Source: Candidatus Magasanikiibacteriota bacterium (GTDB lineage: Bacteria; Patescibacteriota; Patescibacteriia; Magasanikbacterales; GWA2-37-8). From it: 64,000 nucleotides of DNA. Shown here piece after piece: positions 28,457 to 38,104 of this stretch (within the stretch, counting starts at the first letter, position 1; each line of letters begins with the position of its first letter). The stretch covers positions 17,045 through 81,044 of the forward strand of contig CALRGC010000001.1 in assembly GCA_943357105.1 (NCBI GenBank), written 5' to 3'. Made by a program: the position numbers and the translations under genes. Below the pieces are notes generated by a model, which worked only from the letters and a program-made list of their open reading frames with translations, did no database searches and was not told where the DNA came from.

Positions 28457-30214
28457 TTAATTTTCTATTTTTTCTTGGAGAGCTAGCCACTCATCTTCTT
28501 TGTTTTTGATCTCTTTATCGAGGTCGCCGAGGTGGCGGTAGTCGGCTAGTTGGAATTTGGTAGGATCTTTGGCTTGTTTGCGCAGGAGTTTGGTTTTCAC
28601 TTTTTCCATTTCACAGATGTCTTCTTCGATTTTTTGGAGTTTCTTTTTTTCGGCTTTTATTTCTTCGTAGCGCTGTTTTTTTTCTTCGTCGGTTTTTTCT
28701 ACTGGAGCGACTTCTTCTTTTTTCTCCGGCTCTATGGATTGTTCCAAATTATAAATATATTCTTCATAATTACCCGGGTAGCGGCACACTTCGCCGTTTT
28801 TGACTTCGATAATCATCGTGGCTACGGAGTTTACAAAAGTGCGATTGTGGCTGATAAACAAGACTGTGCCGTTGAATTCTTCCAGGGCCAAGCCAAGCGC
28901 TTCCACGGTTTCAAAGTCGAGGTGGTTGGTAGGTTCATCCAGTAATAATACTTTGCTTTTGGATAGCAGAATACTAACCAGGCAGAGGCGCGCTTTTTCA
29001 CCGCCACTGAGCATGTGGATATATTTTTCCAGGTCATTTTCGTGGAACAAAAAATTCCCGGCCATTCTAAGAATTTCTTCATCGTTGATCTCGCTGGGAG
29101 CGGTAGCGCGTAAATTTGTCCAGACTTTATCTTCTGAATTTAGGGAGTTTGGCACATGTTGGGCATAGTAGGCGAAAGTGGTGTCGATTGCCCATTTAAA
29201 TTTGCCTCCTAGAGACGACAGTTCACCCGCCAGAGTTTTGAGAAAAGTGGTTTTGCCTTGGCCGTTGTCGCCGAGAATAGCGACATGTTCGCCGCGTTCA
29301 ATGTCCAGAGTAATATTTTCAGCGATAATCTTTTCACCATAACCTATAGTTAATTTTTCACTGCGAAATAGTAAACCCTTTTTTGTTTCCACATTGGGAA
29401 TATGAATTTTGACGGTGGAGAGCGGGCTTTGGATATCGAGTTTTTTTAGTTTTTCAATTGCTTTGAGTTTGCTTTGTGCTTGGCTCGCTTTGCTGGCTTT
29501 ATAACGAAATTTATCTACAAAATTTTGCAGATGTCTTTGTTCGCGTTCAATTTTTTTGTTATATAGTTTGGCAAAGGCCAGGCGTTCTTCTTTGTATTCC
29601 AAATATTCATCAATTGGACGCGGAAACAAGGTGAGGTTGCCTTGTTCGATTTCTAAAGTTTGTTCGCAAGTGCGTTTGAGAAATTCGCGATCGTGTGAAA
29701 TGATAACAAAAGATTCACTGTAATCGCGTAAAAATTTTTCTAACAATAACTGAGTGTGAACATCGAGATAGTTGGTAGGCTCATCAAGCAAAAATAAATT
29801 TGGATCTTTGAGCAGCATCGCGGTCAATCGCGCGCGCATCTGGTAGCCGCCCGAGAGAGTAGAGAGTTTGGAGTCAAGCAGTTCATTTTTGATTTCAAAT
29901 TTGCCGGCCATCTTGGCGCATTGCCAATTTTTTTTGCCGCTTTGGCGTTCGAGAAATTGGAGTACGGTTTCATCATCAGCAATTTTTTCGTGCTGTTCTA
30001 GATATTCCAATCTAGTGATGGGTTGAAGAGTGATCACGCCAGAATCGGCCTGCTCTTGGCCCACGATCATGCGCAAGAGGGTGGATTTGCCAGCGCCGTT
30101 GCGACCGATGACGCCGATTTTTTGTTTGCTATGAATAGCCAGATTGGCATCACGAAAAATTACCTGTTGGTGGTAGGATTTATTGAGTTTTTCGATTGTG
30201 AGCAAAGTGGCCAC
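28457..30214 (-). CDS. ABC-F family ATPase
   Basis: Two ABC domains (GRNGAGKST and GDNGQGKTT, LSGG, LDEPTN), no TM segments; start placed at GTG 30214. Confidence 0.9.
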   Translation of the reverse strand: MATLLTIEKLNKSYHQQVIFRDANLAIHSKQKIGVIGRNGAGKSTLLRMIVGQEQADSGVITLQPITRLEYLEQHEKIADDETVLQFLERQSGKKNWQCAKMAGKFEIKNELLDSKLSTLSGGYQMRARLTAMLLKDPNLFLLDEPTNYLDVHTQLLLEKFLRDYSESFVIISHDREFLKRTCEQTLEIEQGNLTLFPRPIDEYLEYKEERLAFAKLYNKKIEREQRHLQNFVDKFRYKASKASQAQSKLKAIEKLKKLDIQSPLSTVKIHIPNVETKKGLLFRSEKLTIGYGEKIIAENITLDIERGEHVAILGDNGQGKTTFLKTLAGELSSLGGKFKWAIDTTFAYYAQHVPNSLNSEDKVWTNLRATAPSEINDEEILRMAGNFLFHENDLEKYIHMLSGGEKARLCLVSILLSKSKVLLLDEPTNHLDFETVEALGLALEEFNGTVLFISHNRTFVNSVATMIIEVKNGEVCRYPGNYEEYIYNLEQSIEPEKKEEVAPVEKTDEEKKQRYEEIKAEKKKLQKIEEDICEMEKVKTKLLRKQAKDPTKFQLADYRHLGDLDKEIKNKEDEWLALQEKIEN

Positions 30215-30328
30215 AGTGGGGAAAGGATAACAAAAAAAGATGGATTTGTAAATAAAAAACATCCGGAGATTTTCAACGGCATAGATTGACTTTTCCCAAT
30301 AAATATAGGATAATGACCCAATAAATTT

Positions 30329-31309
30329 ATGATTCAAGGATTTTGGAAAAATTTAAAAAAACCGATTATGGTCCTGGCCCCGATGGCCAATGTCACGGAC
30401 TGTGCTTTTCGTCGCATCATCGCTAAATATGGCAAGCCGGATGTAATCTGGACCGAGTTTGTGTCTTGTGATGGCCTCATGTCGCGCGGTCGCGAACATC
30501 TCATGGTCGATCTCAAATACTCTGAAATTGAACGCCCGATTGTGGCGCAGATTTTTGGTAGCAAACCAGAGAATTTTTTTAAGACAGCGCAACTAATAAA
30601 AGAACTGGGATTTGATGGTATTGATATCAATATGGGCTGTCCCGATAGAAATGTAGAAAAGCAGGGAGCCGGAGCTTGTATGATAAAAAATCCTGAAAGC
30701 GCCAAAGAAGTAATCCTGGCCACGATGGCTGGCGCGCCGGATCTGCCGGTATCCGTGAAAACTCGCATTGGCTATAATAAAAATACTTTGTCTGAATGGT
30801 TACCGGTCTTGCTTTCGACCAATCTGGCCGCTATCACTATTCACGCGCGCACGCGCAAAGAAATGTCGCTCGTACCAGCTCGCTGGGGGCATATTAAAGA
30901 AGCGGTAGAAATTCGCGATGCTATTCAAACTGGAGAGGAAAAAACTTTGATACTGGGAAATGGCGATGTCAAAAATCTTACTGAAGCGTATCAAAGAGTA
31001 GAAGAAACCAGCTGTGACGGCGTGATGATCGGTCGCGGAATTTTTGGTAATCCTTGGTTGTTCAACAAAGATATGATTGGTAAAGAAATTTCGATAAAAG
31101 AAAAATTGCGCGTGATGGTAGAGCACACCAAACTTTTTGAAGAGCTACTCGGCGAACACAAAGGTTTTGAACTGATGAAAAAACATTATAAGGCGTATGT
31201 AAATGGTTTTGATAAAGCCAAAGAGTTACGCATTGAACTGATGGAAAAATCTGATAACGCGGCGGCCGTAGAAACCATAGTCAATCACTTTCTTGCTAAA
31301 AATTTTTAG
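30329..31309 (+). CDS. dusB: tRNA-dihydrouridine synthase
   Basis: LAPMA, DINMGCP, VSVKTRIG, NGDV, GVMIGRG. Confidence 0.9.
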   Translation: MIQGFWKNLKKPIMVLAPMANVTDCAFRRIIAKYGKPDVIWTEFVSCDGLMSRGREHLMVDLKYSEIERPIVAQIFGSKPENFFKTAQLIKELGFDGIDINMGCPDRNVEKQGAGACMIKNPESAKEVILATMAGAPDLPVSVKTRIGYNKNTLSEWLPVLLSTNLAAITIHARTRKEMSLVPARWGHIKEAVEIRDAIQTGEEKTLILGNGDVKNLTEAYQRVEETSCDGVMIGRGIFGNPWLFNKDMIGKEISIKEKLRVMVEHTKLFEELLGEHKGFELMKKHYKAYVNGFDKAKELRIELMEKSDNAAAVETIVNHFLAKNF

Positions 31310-31351
31310 AGTTGGTATACTTATTTTATAATAAAAATAGCTAAATTTGAT

Positions 31352-31885
31352 ATGTTTGATAAACTTTTAAGTAGATTTAACAAAGCTGAAGAAGCTAGAA
31401 GAATGGCCTTAAAACCAGACGAAAAACAAGCCCCGACTCCAGACCCAAAAAGATTGAAGGGAATGGATGATAAGACTCAATTGGAAACTTGGTCAAAAGA
31501 AGACAAAACAGGCGAAAGTTTTGCAGGTCTTAAAGAATTTACCTATCAAGGTGAAGATGGGAAATTGATCAATGGAGAGAAAATAGAAGAACATCCTCAA
31601 CCACACGTGAAATTGGTGGTAGATAATACCAAGCCTGATCATGATAAGAAAATTCAACAAATTGAAGAAACGGCAGAAATGCCAGCGATAGAAGCCGCCA
31701 ATTCAGAGGCAGAAGTAGTTGATGAAACCGAACTTAGAATGCAAAATGAATTAAGTGAAGCCAAAGCAGAAGTTGCGGAAGCTCAAGCTAGGTTTGAAGC
31801 GGCTCAAGCAAAATTTGTTGCTAAGCAAAGAGATTTAGAGGATTATCAGGCCACTAAGGATCATATTGATAAAATCGCGGCTTAA
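31352..31885 (+). CDS. Acidic coiled-coil hypothetical protein
   Basis: Long ORF filling the intergenic space, E/A/K-rich. Confidence 0.7.
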   Translation: MFDKLLSRFNKAEEARRMALKPDEKQAPTPDPKRLKGMDDKTQLETWSKEDKTGESFAGLKEFTYQGEDGKLINGEKIEEHPQPHVKLVVDNTKPDHDKKIQQIEETAEMPAIEAANSEAEVVDETELRMQNELSEAKAEVAEAQARFEAAQAKFVAKQRDLEDYQATKDHIDKIAA

Positions 31886-31891
31886 GCTTAT

Positions 31892-32944
31892 ATGAAAGTA
31901 AATGGACAAGATTTTAAAACCGTTTGGCGCGTGGGTGCCTCGGTTTTTTTAATTGAGCAAAATATTTTGCCGTTTGAGTTTAAAATTTTCGAAAGTAAAA
32001 ATTACCGTCAAACTTGTGAGGCGATTATCATCATGCTCGTTCGCGGCGCGATCGCTTTGGAAGCGACTGCGGCTTATGCTTTGGTGCAAGCTTTTTTGGA
32101 AGCGACACAAAATAATTTATGGCAGTATGTAGATCAAGCCAAAAAAGAAATTGAAGCCACTCGTCCCACGGCGGTAAATTTATTTTACGCGGTAAAGCGC
32201 GTCTATGACGCGGCTAAAAATTCTGCTGATCCAGTCAACGCCGCCCAAGCGGAAGCGGAAAAAATGGTGGCCGAAAGTATTGCCGCTACTAAAAAAATTG
32301 GTGAGTATGGCGCTGAACTCATCATCGATGGTATGAATATTGAAACCCACTGTAATGCCGGTTGGCTTGGCTGTGTGGATTGGGGTACGGCATTGTCCCC
32401 AATGTATATTGCCCATCGGGCTGGCAAAAAAATATTTGTTTATGCCGATGAAACCAGACCGCGCGGCCAAGGTTCGCGTCTTTCCGCTTGGGAATTGCAT
32501 AATGAAGGTGTGCCTCACGCCATAATTCCCGACAATGCCGGAGCCTATCTGATGGGTCAAGGGAAAGTAGATTTGATGATTGTGGGAGCTGACAGAATTG
32601 CCGCTAATGGTGACACCGCCAACAAAATCGGCACTATGGAAAAAGCGATTGCCGCTAAATATTTTGGTATACCTTTTTATGTCGCCGCGCCACTAGCCAC
32701 TTTTGATATTAATTGTGAGAGTGGGCAAAATATTAAAATTGAAGAGCGTAGTCAGGATGAAGTGCTCTATCAGACTGGCCCGGATGAAAACGATCAGATA
32801 AAAAAAGTGTTGGTTTGCTCACCAGGATCAAGCGCGGTGAATCCAGGATTTGATGTTACGCCCGCTGAACTGATCACCGGGATTATTACCGAAAAAGGCA
32901 TAATCAAACCAACGATAGAAAATATCAAAGCGCTGTTTGTTTAA
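31892..32944 (+). CDS. mtnA: S-methyl-5-thioribose-1-phosphate isomerase
   Basis: VRGA, RPTAVNL, THCNAG, ETRP, GADRI..NGDTANKIGT. Confidence 0.93.
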   Translation: MKVNGQDFKTVWRVGASVFLIEQNILPFEFKIFESKNYRQTCEAIIIMLVRGAIALEATAAYALVQAFLEATQNNLWQYVDQAKKEIEATRPTAVNLFYAVKRVYDAAKNSADPVNAAQAEAEKMVAESIAATKKIGEYGAELIIDGMNIETHCNAGWLGCVDWGTALSPMYIAHRAGKKIFVYADETRPRGQGSRLSAWELHNEGVPHAIIPDNAGAYLMGQGKVDLMIVGADRIAANGDTANKIGTMEKAIAAKYFGIPFYVAAPLATFDINCESGQNIKIEERSQDEVLYQTGPDENDQIKKVLVCSPGSSAVNPGFDVTPAELITGIITEKGIIKPTIENIKALFV

Positions 32945-32945
32945 T

Positions 32946-33566
32946 ATGTCTTTTCACGCGGTAAAATTTCAGACAAAAATACTTTATCGCGCCACGCCGC
33001 AAGACAAGCGCATTGATGAAATTCGTAAATGGGCGAAAATTTTTCATGCTAATAATCTAACGCCAATCATTGAAAGTAATATTTCTTGTGGCAATCTCAG
33101 TTTTCGTATCAATCCCGGTGAGAATAAATTTATTATTACCTGCTCTCAAATGGGTTTTAATAAAGAGCTGTCCGAAGATGCTTTTGCTCAAGTTTTTGAT
33201 TGTAATTTTGAACAGGGCGTAGTGTTTGCACTGGGCGAACGTGAGCCGTCTTCCGAAAGTATGTTGCATTTTGCTATCTATAAATCGCGTCCCGAAGTGA
33301 ACGCGATTTTTCATGGCCACAGTGCGAAAATTTTGGAAAATTATTCCTCACTAAAATTAGTAGAGACGGTCAAGGAACAACCTTACGGCACACCGGAGCT
33401 AGCTTTCGAAGTTTTAGATGTTTTGAAAGATAATAATTTTGTAGTAATGAAAAACCACGGATTTGTATCCGTGGCTGAGACGATGGATGAAGCCGGAAAT
33501 GGAACCTTAAAAATTTTGTTTGATATTTATTCTCCTTCAAATTCTACCAGCGCAAAAGTTTTGTAG
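32946..33566 (+). CDS. Class II aldolase/adducin family protein
   Basis: GNLSFR, PSSE..LH, FHGH, NHG. Confidence 0.85.
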   Translation: MSFHAVKFQTKILYRATPQDKRIDEIRKWAKIFHANNLTPIIESNISCGNLSFRINPGENKFIITCSQMGFNKELSEDAFAQVFDCNFEQGVVFALGEREPSSESMLHFAIYKSRPEVNAIFHGHSAKILENYSSLKLVETVKEQPYGTPELAFEVLDVLKDNNFVVMKNHGFVSVAETMDEAGNGTLKILFDIYSPSNSTSAKVL

Positions 33567-34060
33567 CCGGCGTCTTCCAGTCTTTTTTTGCCACCTAAAT
33601 CCGGCAGATCGATCACAAAACAACATTCAATTACATCGCCTTGTAATTTTTTTATTAGGCTGGCGGCGGCCATCGCCGTACCACCGGTCGCGATTAGGTC
33701 ATCCACCAATAATATTTTTTCATTGGGCTCAATCGCGTCTTCGTGTAGTTCGATTTTATCGGTGCCATATTCGAGCGCGTATTCTTGAGAAACGGTTTTA
33801 AATGGTAATTTGCCTTTTTTACGAATAGGAATAAACCCAACGCCCAGGCGATGAGCGAGCGCGGCGCCAATAATAAATCCACGAGATTCAATACCGGCTA
33901 TCAGATCAATTGGTGTATCTTTATAGCGTTCTACCAGCAGATCCAACATCTCTTTAAAACCATGCGCGTCTTGTAATAATGTAGTGATGTCGCGAAACAT
34001 TATTCCCGGTTTTGGCCAGTGCGGCACCGTACGAATTTTATCTTTTATAGCTTGCGACAT
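33527..34060 (-). CDS. apt: Adenine phosphoribosyltransferase
   Basis: PKPGIMFRDIT, ESRGF, RKKGKLP, VDDLIATGGT. Confidence 0.95.
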   Translation of the reverse strand: MSQAIKDKIRTVPHWPKPGIMFRDITTLLQDAHGFKEMLDLLVERYKDTPIDLIAGIESRGFIIGAALAHRLGVGFIPIRKKGKLPFKTVSQEYALEYGTDKIELHEDAIEPNEKILLVDDLIATGGTAMAAASLIKKLQGDVIECCFVIDLPDLGGKKRLEDAGYKTFALVEFEGE

Positions 34061-34061
34061 A

Positions 34062-34811
34062 CTATTTAATTTTAGGAATAATATTAGTAAGCAAATCGGT
34101 TACTTTGGCTACATTGTCTTTAAAAATTTCTATTACCGCTTCCCAAGTTACCGGCGCTTCATCTTCTTTCCAACAATCATAATCAGTGGACATAGCAACC
34201 GAAGCGTAGGGGATGCCGAGTTCATTAGCCAAGGCCGCTTCCGGACCAGTGGTCATATTAATAACTTCCGCGCCCCAAGCTCGAAACATTTTGCTTTCCG
34301 CGCGAGTGGAAAATCTTGGACCTTCGATAGTTACAATTGTACCGGTTTTGTGATGCTTGATATTTAGATCTTCACAGCCTTTGATTAAAAGTTCACGCAA
34401 ATTTTTATTAAAGGGATCAGCCATCGGCGTATGTTTCATTTCACCCGGTTCAAATTTTTCAAAAAAAGTAATCGCGCGATGGCGAGTGAAATCAATAAAT
34501 TGATCCAGTACTACCAGATCACCGCGACCAATTTCGAGCTTCAAAGAGCCAACCGCCGTAGTCGCTACGATATGAGTACAGCCAGCTTCTTTGAGCGCCC
34601 ACAGATTAGCGCGAAAGTTTACTTGGGTCGGCGGGATAGTATGCTCACGGCCATGGCGAGCAATTAAAGCCACTTTTTGTCCACCAATGGTGCCAGTTTT
34701 GAGTGGAGATGATGGCGAACCATAGGGAGTATTAATTTCTACATCTTTAGCGTTTTCTAAAATATTTGGATTGTCCAAGCCTGAGCCTCCAATAATACCA
34801 ATTTTTATCAT
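34062..34811 (-). CDS. mtnP: S-methyl-5'-thioadenosine phosphorylase
   Basis: IGIIGGSG, RHG..H, EGPRFSTRAES, STDYDCW. Confidence 0.93.
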   Translation of the reverse strand: MIKIGIIGGSGLDNPNILENAKDVEINTPYGSPSSPLKTGTIGGQKVALIARHGREHTIPPTQVNFRANLWALKEAGCTHIVATTAVGSLKLEIGRGDLVVLDQFIDFTRHRAITFFEKFEPGEMKHTPMADPFNKNLRELLIKGCEDLNIKHHKTGTIVTIEGPRFSTRAESKMFRAWGAEVINMTTGPEAALANELGIPYASVAMSTDYDCWKEDEAPVTWEAVIEIFKDNVAKVTDLLTNIIPKIK

Positions 34812-34920
34812 AAAAAAATTAATTATAATCAACTCAATAATTGTATCATATTTCTTTATTAAGTAAATATAAGCTTTATATTGACTTTTAAGAGTTTTTT
34901 TGTTAGTATATCAATCACTT

Positions 34921-34997
34921 GTCAGGGTAGCTCAGCTGGTTAGAGCACGGCATTCATAACGCCGAGGTCGGGAGTTCGATTCTCCCCTCTGACACCA
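34921..34997 (+). tRNA. tRNA with CAT anticodon (non-initiator, probably elongator Met)
   Basis: GTCAGGG/CTCTGAC acceptor stem with G1-C72 pair, TTCATAA loop, encoded CCA. Confidence 0.9.
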
Positions 34998-35080
34998 TTG
35001 TCCACCCCGACCCCCGGCTTAAGACACCTGCGCTTTCTTACGTCGCTTCGCTCCTATCTTTCCACTGTCGGGGTGTCCAA

Positions 35081-35116
35081 AAACAAAAAAACCGTCGCAA
35101 GACGGTTTTTTTGTTT
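35081..35116. terminator. Bidirectional terminator between the tRNA and hup
   Basis: AAAAAAACCGTC-GCAA-GACGGTTTTTTT. Confidence 0.8.
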
Positions 35117-35123
35117 AATTTTT

Positions 35124-35405
35124 TTAGCTAGCTTTGAGCGCGTCTTTCAAAGCTTTACCAGCCTTGAATTTTGGCACTTTCACCGCAGGAATTTGAATTT
35201 TTTCAGTTGGCTTTTGTGGGTTGACACCAGTGCGAGCGGCGCGAGTCTTGGCGCTAAAAGCACCAAAACCAGTGAGCACCACTTCGTCACCTTTTTTCAA
35301 AGTGGCGATAGTGAGATCCACAAAAGCGTTGATCATGTCTTCGGCTTCACGCTTGGAGACATTTAATTTTTCGGATAGTGCTTGAGCTAATTCAGCTTTG
35401 TTCAT
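35124..35405 (-). CDS. hup: HU family DNA-binding protein
   Basis: MNKAEL, GFGAF, R.GVNPQ, PKFKAGKALKD. Confidence 0.95.
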   Translation of the reverse strand: MNKAELAQALSEKLNVSKREAEDMINAFVDLTIATLKKGDEVVLTGFGAFSAKTRAARTGVNPQKPTEKIQIPAVKVPKFKAGKALKDALKAS

Positions 35406-35430
35406 ATTATTTAAATTTATTAATTACAGA

Positions 35431-35533
35431 GTAACAGGGAGGCAAATTACTTTTGAGCGGGTTATGAGGCCAAGCCTCATCCTTTCGCCCTCGCGGGCGA
35501 AAAAAGCGAAAAAGTCATTTGCCTCACTGTTAC
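35431..35533. repeat. Palindromic T-shaped element, family C copy 1
   Basis: 61-nt core identical to that in 47307-47411, with a different outer stem. Confidence 0.85.
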
Positions 35534-35599
35534 GAAACTATTATATCATAGCAACCATTTTTTCGCTACAATAGGCGATAATCACTTTTCCACAGCTCT

Positions 35600-37126
35600 T
35601 TAGCGAGCGTATTCGATGATACGAGATTCGCGAATAACATTGATGCGAATTTCACCAGGGTATTGTAAATCTTCCTCCACTTTGTGAGCGATATCTTTGG
35701 CCAACTGATAGGCGCCGTAGTCATCAATTTCATTTGGTTTGACAAACACACGCACTTCACGACCAGCCTGGATAGCATAAACTTTGTCGATACCCGGGAA
35801 GGACATGGCGGTTTTTTCTAATTCTTCCAGACGAGCCACAAATTGCTCCACGCTGTCGCGACGAGCGCCAATGCGAGCGCCAGAGATAGCGTCAGCGGCT
35901 TTGGCAATACAAGCGTAGATGCTTTGGGGTTTGTCCAAATGGTGATCGCGAGCGGCTTGGCAGACATCATCATCAATATTGAATTTTTTCAAAATCGCGT
36001 AGCCCACTTCCGGATGCGAACCTTGAGTTTCTTGATCCACGGCTTTTCCAATATCGTGGAAGAAGCCGGCCTTTTTGGCTTTGGATTGATCCAGACCTAA
36101 TTCAGCGGCCATGATACCGGCGAGATAACCAGTTTCCATCGAATGATTCATAATATTTTGGCCATAGCTGGTGCGATATTTCAGACGACCAACAATGCTG
36201 ACCAATTTTGGATCAATACCCACGATGTTCATTTTGTATAGAGCTTCTTCACCGGCCTTTTTGATCGCCAAAGCTAAATCTTGTTTGGCTTTTTCGACAA
36301 ACTCTTCGATACGAGCCGGCTGAATGCGGCCGTCGGCCATTAATTTTTCCAAAGCCAAACGAGCGACTTCGCGACGAATTGGGGAGAAACAAGAAATAAT
36401 AATAGATTCTGGAGTGTCATCAATTACAATTTCACAACCAGTAAGTTTTTCGATAGTTTTAATGTTGCGGCCTTCTTTACCGATGATGCGGCCTTTCATC
36501 TCTTCGCTTGGCAGATGAATTACCGAACCGGTAGTTTCAGCGGAATGAGAAGAAGCGGTGCGCTGGATCGCTTCGGTCATGAGGTTGCGAGCTTTTTCTT
36601 CGTAATGTTCAGTGGCTTCTTTTTCTAATTTAGAAATACGAGCGTAGAGATCAATTTTACTTTCTTCCTCCACAATAGCGAGCAATTCCAATTTGGCTTC
36701 TTCTCTGGTGAGACCGGCCAATTCCGTCAATTTTTCGGTCTGCTGAACTTTGAGGTTTTCTACCTCTTGTTTAATGGCCTTTACTTTCTCTACCTTTTCT
36801 TGAAGTTTATTTTGACTGTCTTGAAACTCTAACAATTTTTGATCAAACATCGTTTCACGTTTTTCCAAACGCTCTTGGGCGTTGTGGGCTTCGGCGCGAA
36901 TCTGTTTTTCTTCGGCCTTGGCTTCGTCGATAATTTTTTGGGCTTTTTCTTTACCTTCGATGACCAATTCCTGTTGTTTGGTCTTGGCCTCGGTAATCAT
37001 TTTTTCCGCTTTGGCCTCGATGGAGTTGGCCTGGGCCTGGGCGAATTTTTTGCGTAAAAAATATCCGCAGAAGCCGCCAACTATCGTCGCCACTAGGGCC
37101 ACGGCCAGCATAATTAATGAATTCAT
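35600..37126 (-). CDS. rny: Ribonuclease Y
   Basis: N-terminal TM, coiled coil, KGRIIGKEGRNI KH domain, HDIGK HD domain. Confidence 0.95.
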   Translation of the reverse strand: MNSLIMLAVALVATIVGGFCGYFLRKKFAQAQANSIEAKAEKMITEAKTKQQELVIEGKEKAQKIIDEAKAEEKQIRAEAHNAQERLEKRETMFDQKLLEFQDSQNKLQEKVEKVKAIKQEVENLKVQQTEKLTELAGLTREEAKLELLAIVEEESKIDLYARISKLEKEATEHYEEKARNLMTEAIQRTASSHSAETTGSVIHLPSEEMKGRIIGKEGRNIKTIEKLTGCEIVIDDTPESIIISCFSPIRREVARLALEKLMADGRIQPARIEEFVEKAKQDLALAIKKAGEEALYKMNIVGIDPKLVSIVGRLKYRTSYGQNIMNHSMETGYLAGIMAAELGLDQSKAKKAGFFHDIGKAVDQETQGSHPEVGYAILKKFNIDDDVCQAARDHHLDKPQSIYACIAKAADAISGARIGARRDSVEQFVARLEELEKTAMSFPGIDKVYAIQAGREVRVFVKPNEIDDYGAYQLAKDIAHKVEEDLQYPGEIRINVIRESRIIEYAR

Positions 37127-37389
37127 ATATAAAAAATCTTTCAGAGTGAACTGAAAGACAGCATTTTGCCACTACTTGGCAAAAAAGGAAGAATTTTTGG
37201 TGGAAGATTACAAATTACTCGTTGGCACGAGTAGCACTTAAGTGAGGAAGGAAAAAGTCGATTTTGAAGCGATATTTTCGGTCAATCCAGCCGATAAAAT
37301 GTTGAAATTTGTAGTCATCTTAGCCAAATTTTATTATTTCTCCCAAACGCTGTTTTTGCAGTCAGCTCAGTTGTTATTTAAGTGCTTTT

Positions 37390-37418
37390 ATAATAGCACA
37401 AATTGGGTAAAATGTCAA
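37390..37418 (-). promoter_or_regulatory. sigma70 promoter about 260 nt upstream of rny
   Basis: TTGACA-17 nt-TATTAT on the minus strand. Confidence 0.65.
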
Positions 37419-38099
37419 TCAACCTTTATTTAAAGGTTTTAATTCGATAGCATCTTCAATTTTGTATTCACCGATTTTGGTGCGGCGCAAAGCCGAGCAA
37501 TAGGCGCCAATCCCAAGTTGTTCTCCAATATCATTGGCTAGAGTGCGAATATATGTGCCGGCTGAGCAACTAACTTCTATGATGAGCTCCGGATAAGAGT
37601 AACTTAAAAATTTAATATCAAAAATTGTAATTCTATTTGGTTGGCGCTTAACCTCTTTGCCTTTGCGCGCCAGTTTATAGAGCCGCTGGCCGTTTATTTT
37701 TTTGGCGGAAAACATCGGCGGGAGTTGGTCTTGTTCGCCAATAAAATTTTGTAATACTTTTTTTATATCTTCTAGATCTACTGGTTTGGCATCCGGATAT
37801 TGCATGATAGTGCCGGTGCTATCAAAGGTGTCAGAAGTAGTCCCTAGGCGTAGGGTGGCAGCATATGTTTTTGGCAGATGCGCAAATTCATCTATTTTTT
37901 TGGTATTCTCGCGCCCAATAGCCACAATCAGTAGTCCGGTAGCAAATGGGTCCAGCGTGCCGGTGTGGCCAACTTTTATTTTTTTATTGCCGGTAGCGTA
38001 GCGTAGCTCGGAGCGAATAAAATTCACGGCGTCAAAACTGGTCCAGGTGGCTGGTTTGTCTATGAGCACTAAATCTTTGTTTAAAAATTGACTATTCAT
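37419..38099 (-). CDS. truB: tRNA pseudouridine(55) synthase
   Basis: KVGHTGTLDPFATG, PPMFSAKKING, SAGTYIR. Confidence 0.95.
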   Translation of the reverse strand: MNSQFLNKDLVLIDKPATWTSFDAVNFIRSELRYATGNKKIKVGHTGTLDPFATGLLIVAIGRENTKKIDEFAHLPKTYAATLRLGTTSDTFDSTGTIMQYPDAKPVDLEDIKKVLQNFIGEQDQLPPMFSAKKINGQRLYKLARKGKEVKRQPNRITIFDIKFLSYSYPELIIEVSCSAGTYIRTLANDIGEQLGIGAYCSALRRTKIGEYKIEDAIELKPLNKG

Positions 38100-38104
38100 T
38101 TAAT

